From Thermoplasmata archaeon (GTDB lineage Archaea; Thermoplasmatota; Thermoplasmata; GCA-020350865): a stretch of DNA of 14,923 nucleotides. This document shows positions 14,736 to 14,923 of the stretch, piece by piece. The stretch's first letter is position 1; every line of letters begins with the position of its first letter. The position numbers and the translations under genes were made by a program. Below the pieces are notes generated by a model, which had not been told where the DNA came from, made no database searches, and saw nothing but the letters and a program-made list of their open reading frames with translations. The DNA lies in the NCBI GenBank assembly GCA_020348445.1, contig CP070751.1, positions 1,256,025-1,270,947 of the forward strand, written 5' to 3'.

Positions 14736-14923
14736 ATGGTAAATATACTTTACGACCCTCTCCTGAGCGGTTTAGAAAGTGTAGTCGAATATCTGGCTGA
14801 GCATGTGCTAACCTGTTTGGTTCCTGCTTTCTTTATTGCCGGAGCCATCGCAGCTTTTATAAAAAAGGATGCGATTCTCAAGTATTTTGGCCCGAAAACA
14901 AAGAAAAAAATATCATACACCAT
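14736..14923 (+). CDS. DUF318/ArsP-like permease, 3'-truncated by window edge
   Basis: MVNILYDPLLSGLESVVEYLAEHVLTCLVPAFFIAGAIAAFIKKDAILKYFGPK...; the HVLTCLVPAFFIAGAI motif is typical of COG0701 permeases. Divergent from arsR; not in the ORF track. Alternative ATG at 14727. Confidence 0.8.
   Translation, partial: MVNILYDPLLSGLESVVEYLAEHVLTCLVPAFFIAGAIAAFIKKDAILKYFGPKTKKKISYT

Noticed and set aside
10181-14923. Integrase or transposase gene
   Set aside because: No ORF or fragment with tyrosine/serine recombinase or DDE motifs was recognised.

Overview
Archaeal DNA, most likely from a Thermoplasmata/Thermoplasmatota lineage (inferred from the archaeal/eukaryote-type GlyRS, TATA/BRE promoters, a BHB-intron tRNA and a split B12 mutase; not confirmed by any search). 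In order: (1) 3' part of glyS; (2) two co-oriented secreted 8-repeat beta-propeller (SBBP-like) proteins sharing an ~80% identical 101-aa C-terminal module, the second also carrying a vWA domain inserted inside a PKD domain; (3) a convergent RHH-antitoxin/PIN-toxin pair; (4) a core block of wHTH regulator, small Sm-like protein, methylmalonyl-CoA mutase large subunit and epimerase; (5) two tiny candidate transcription units marked by five TGTCNGACA-type boxes; (6) intron-containing tRNA-Val(GAC); (7) a ~3.8 kb islet bounded by a 17-bp tRNA 3'-end duplication, holding an Lrp-HTH remnant and a MacB/LolCDE-type ABC transporter, with a 116-bp structured element duplicated near both ends and a hairpin-rich, tRNA-acceptor-like segment at the right end; (8) divergent arsR and arsP-like permease (partial). 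The least explained parts are the non-coding architecture around the tRNA islet, the TGTCNGACA mini-regulon and the shared C-terminal module of the secreted proteins.
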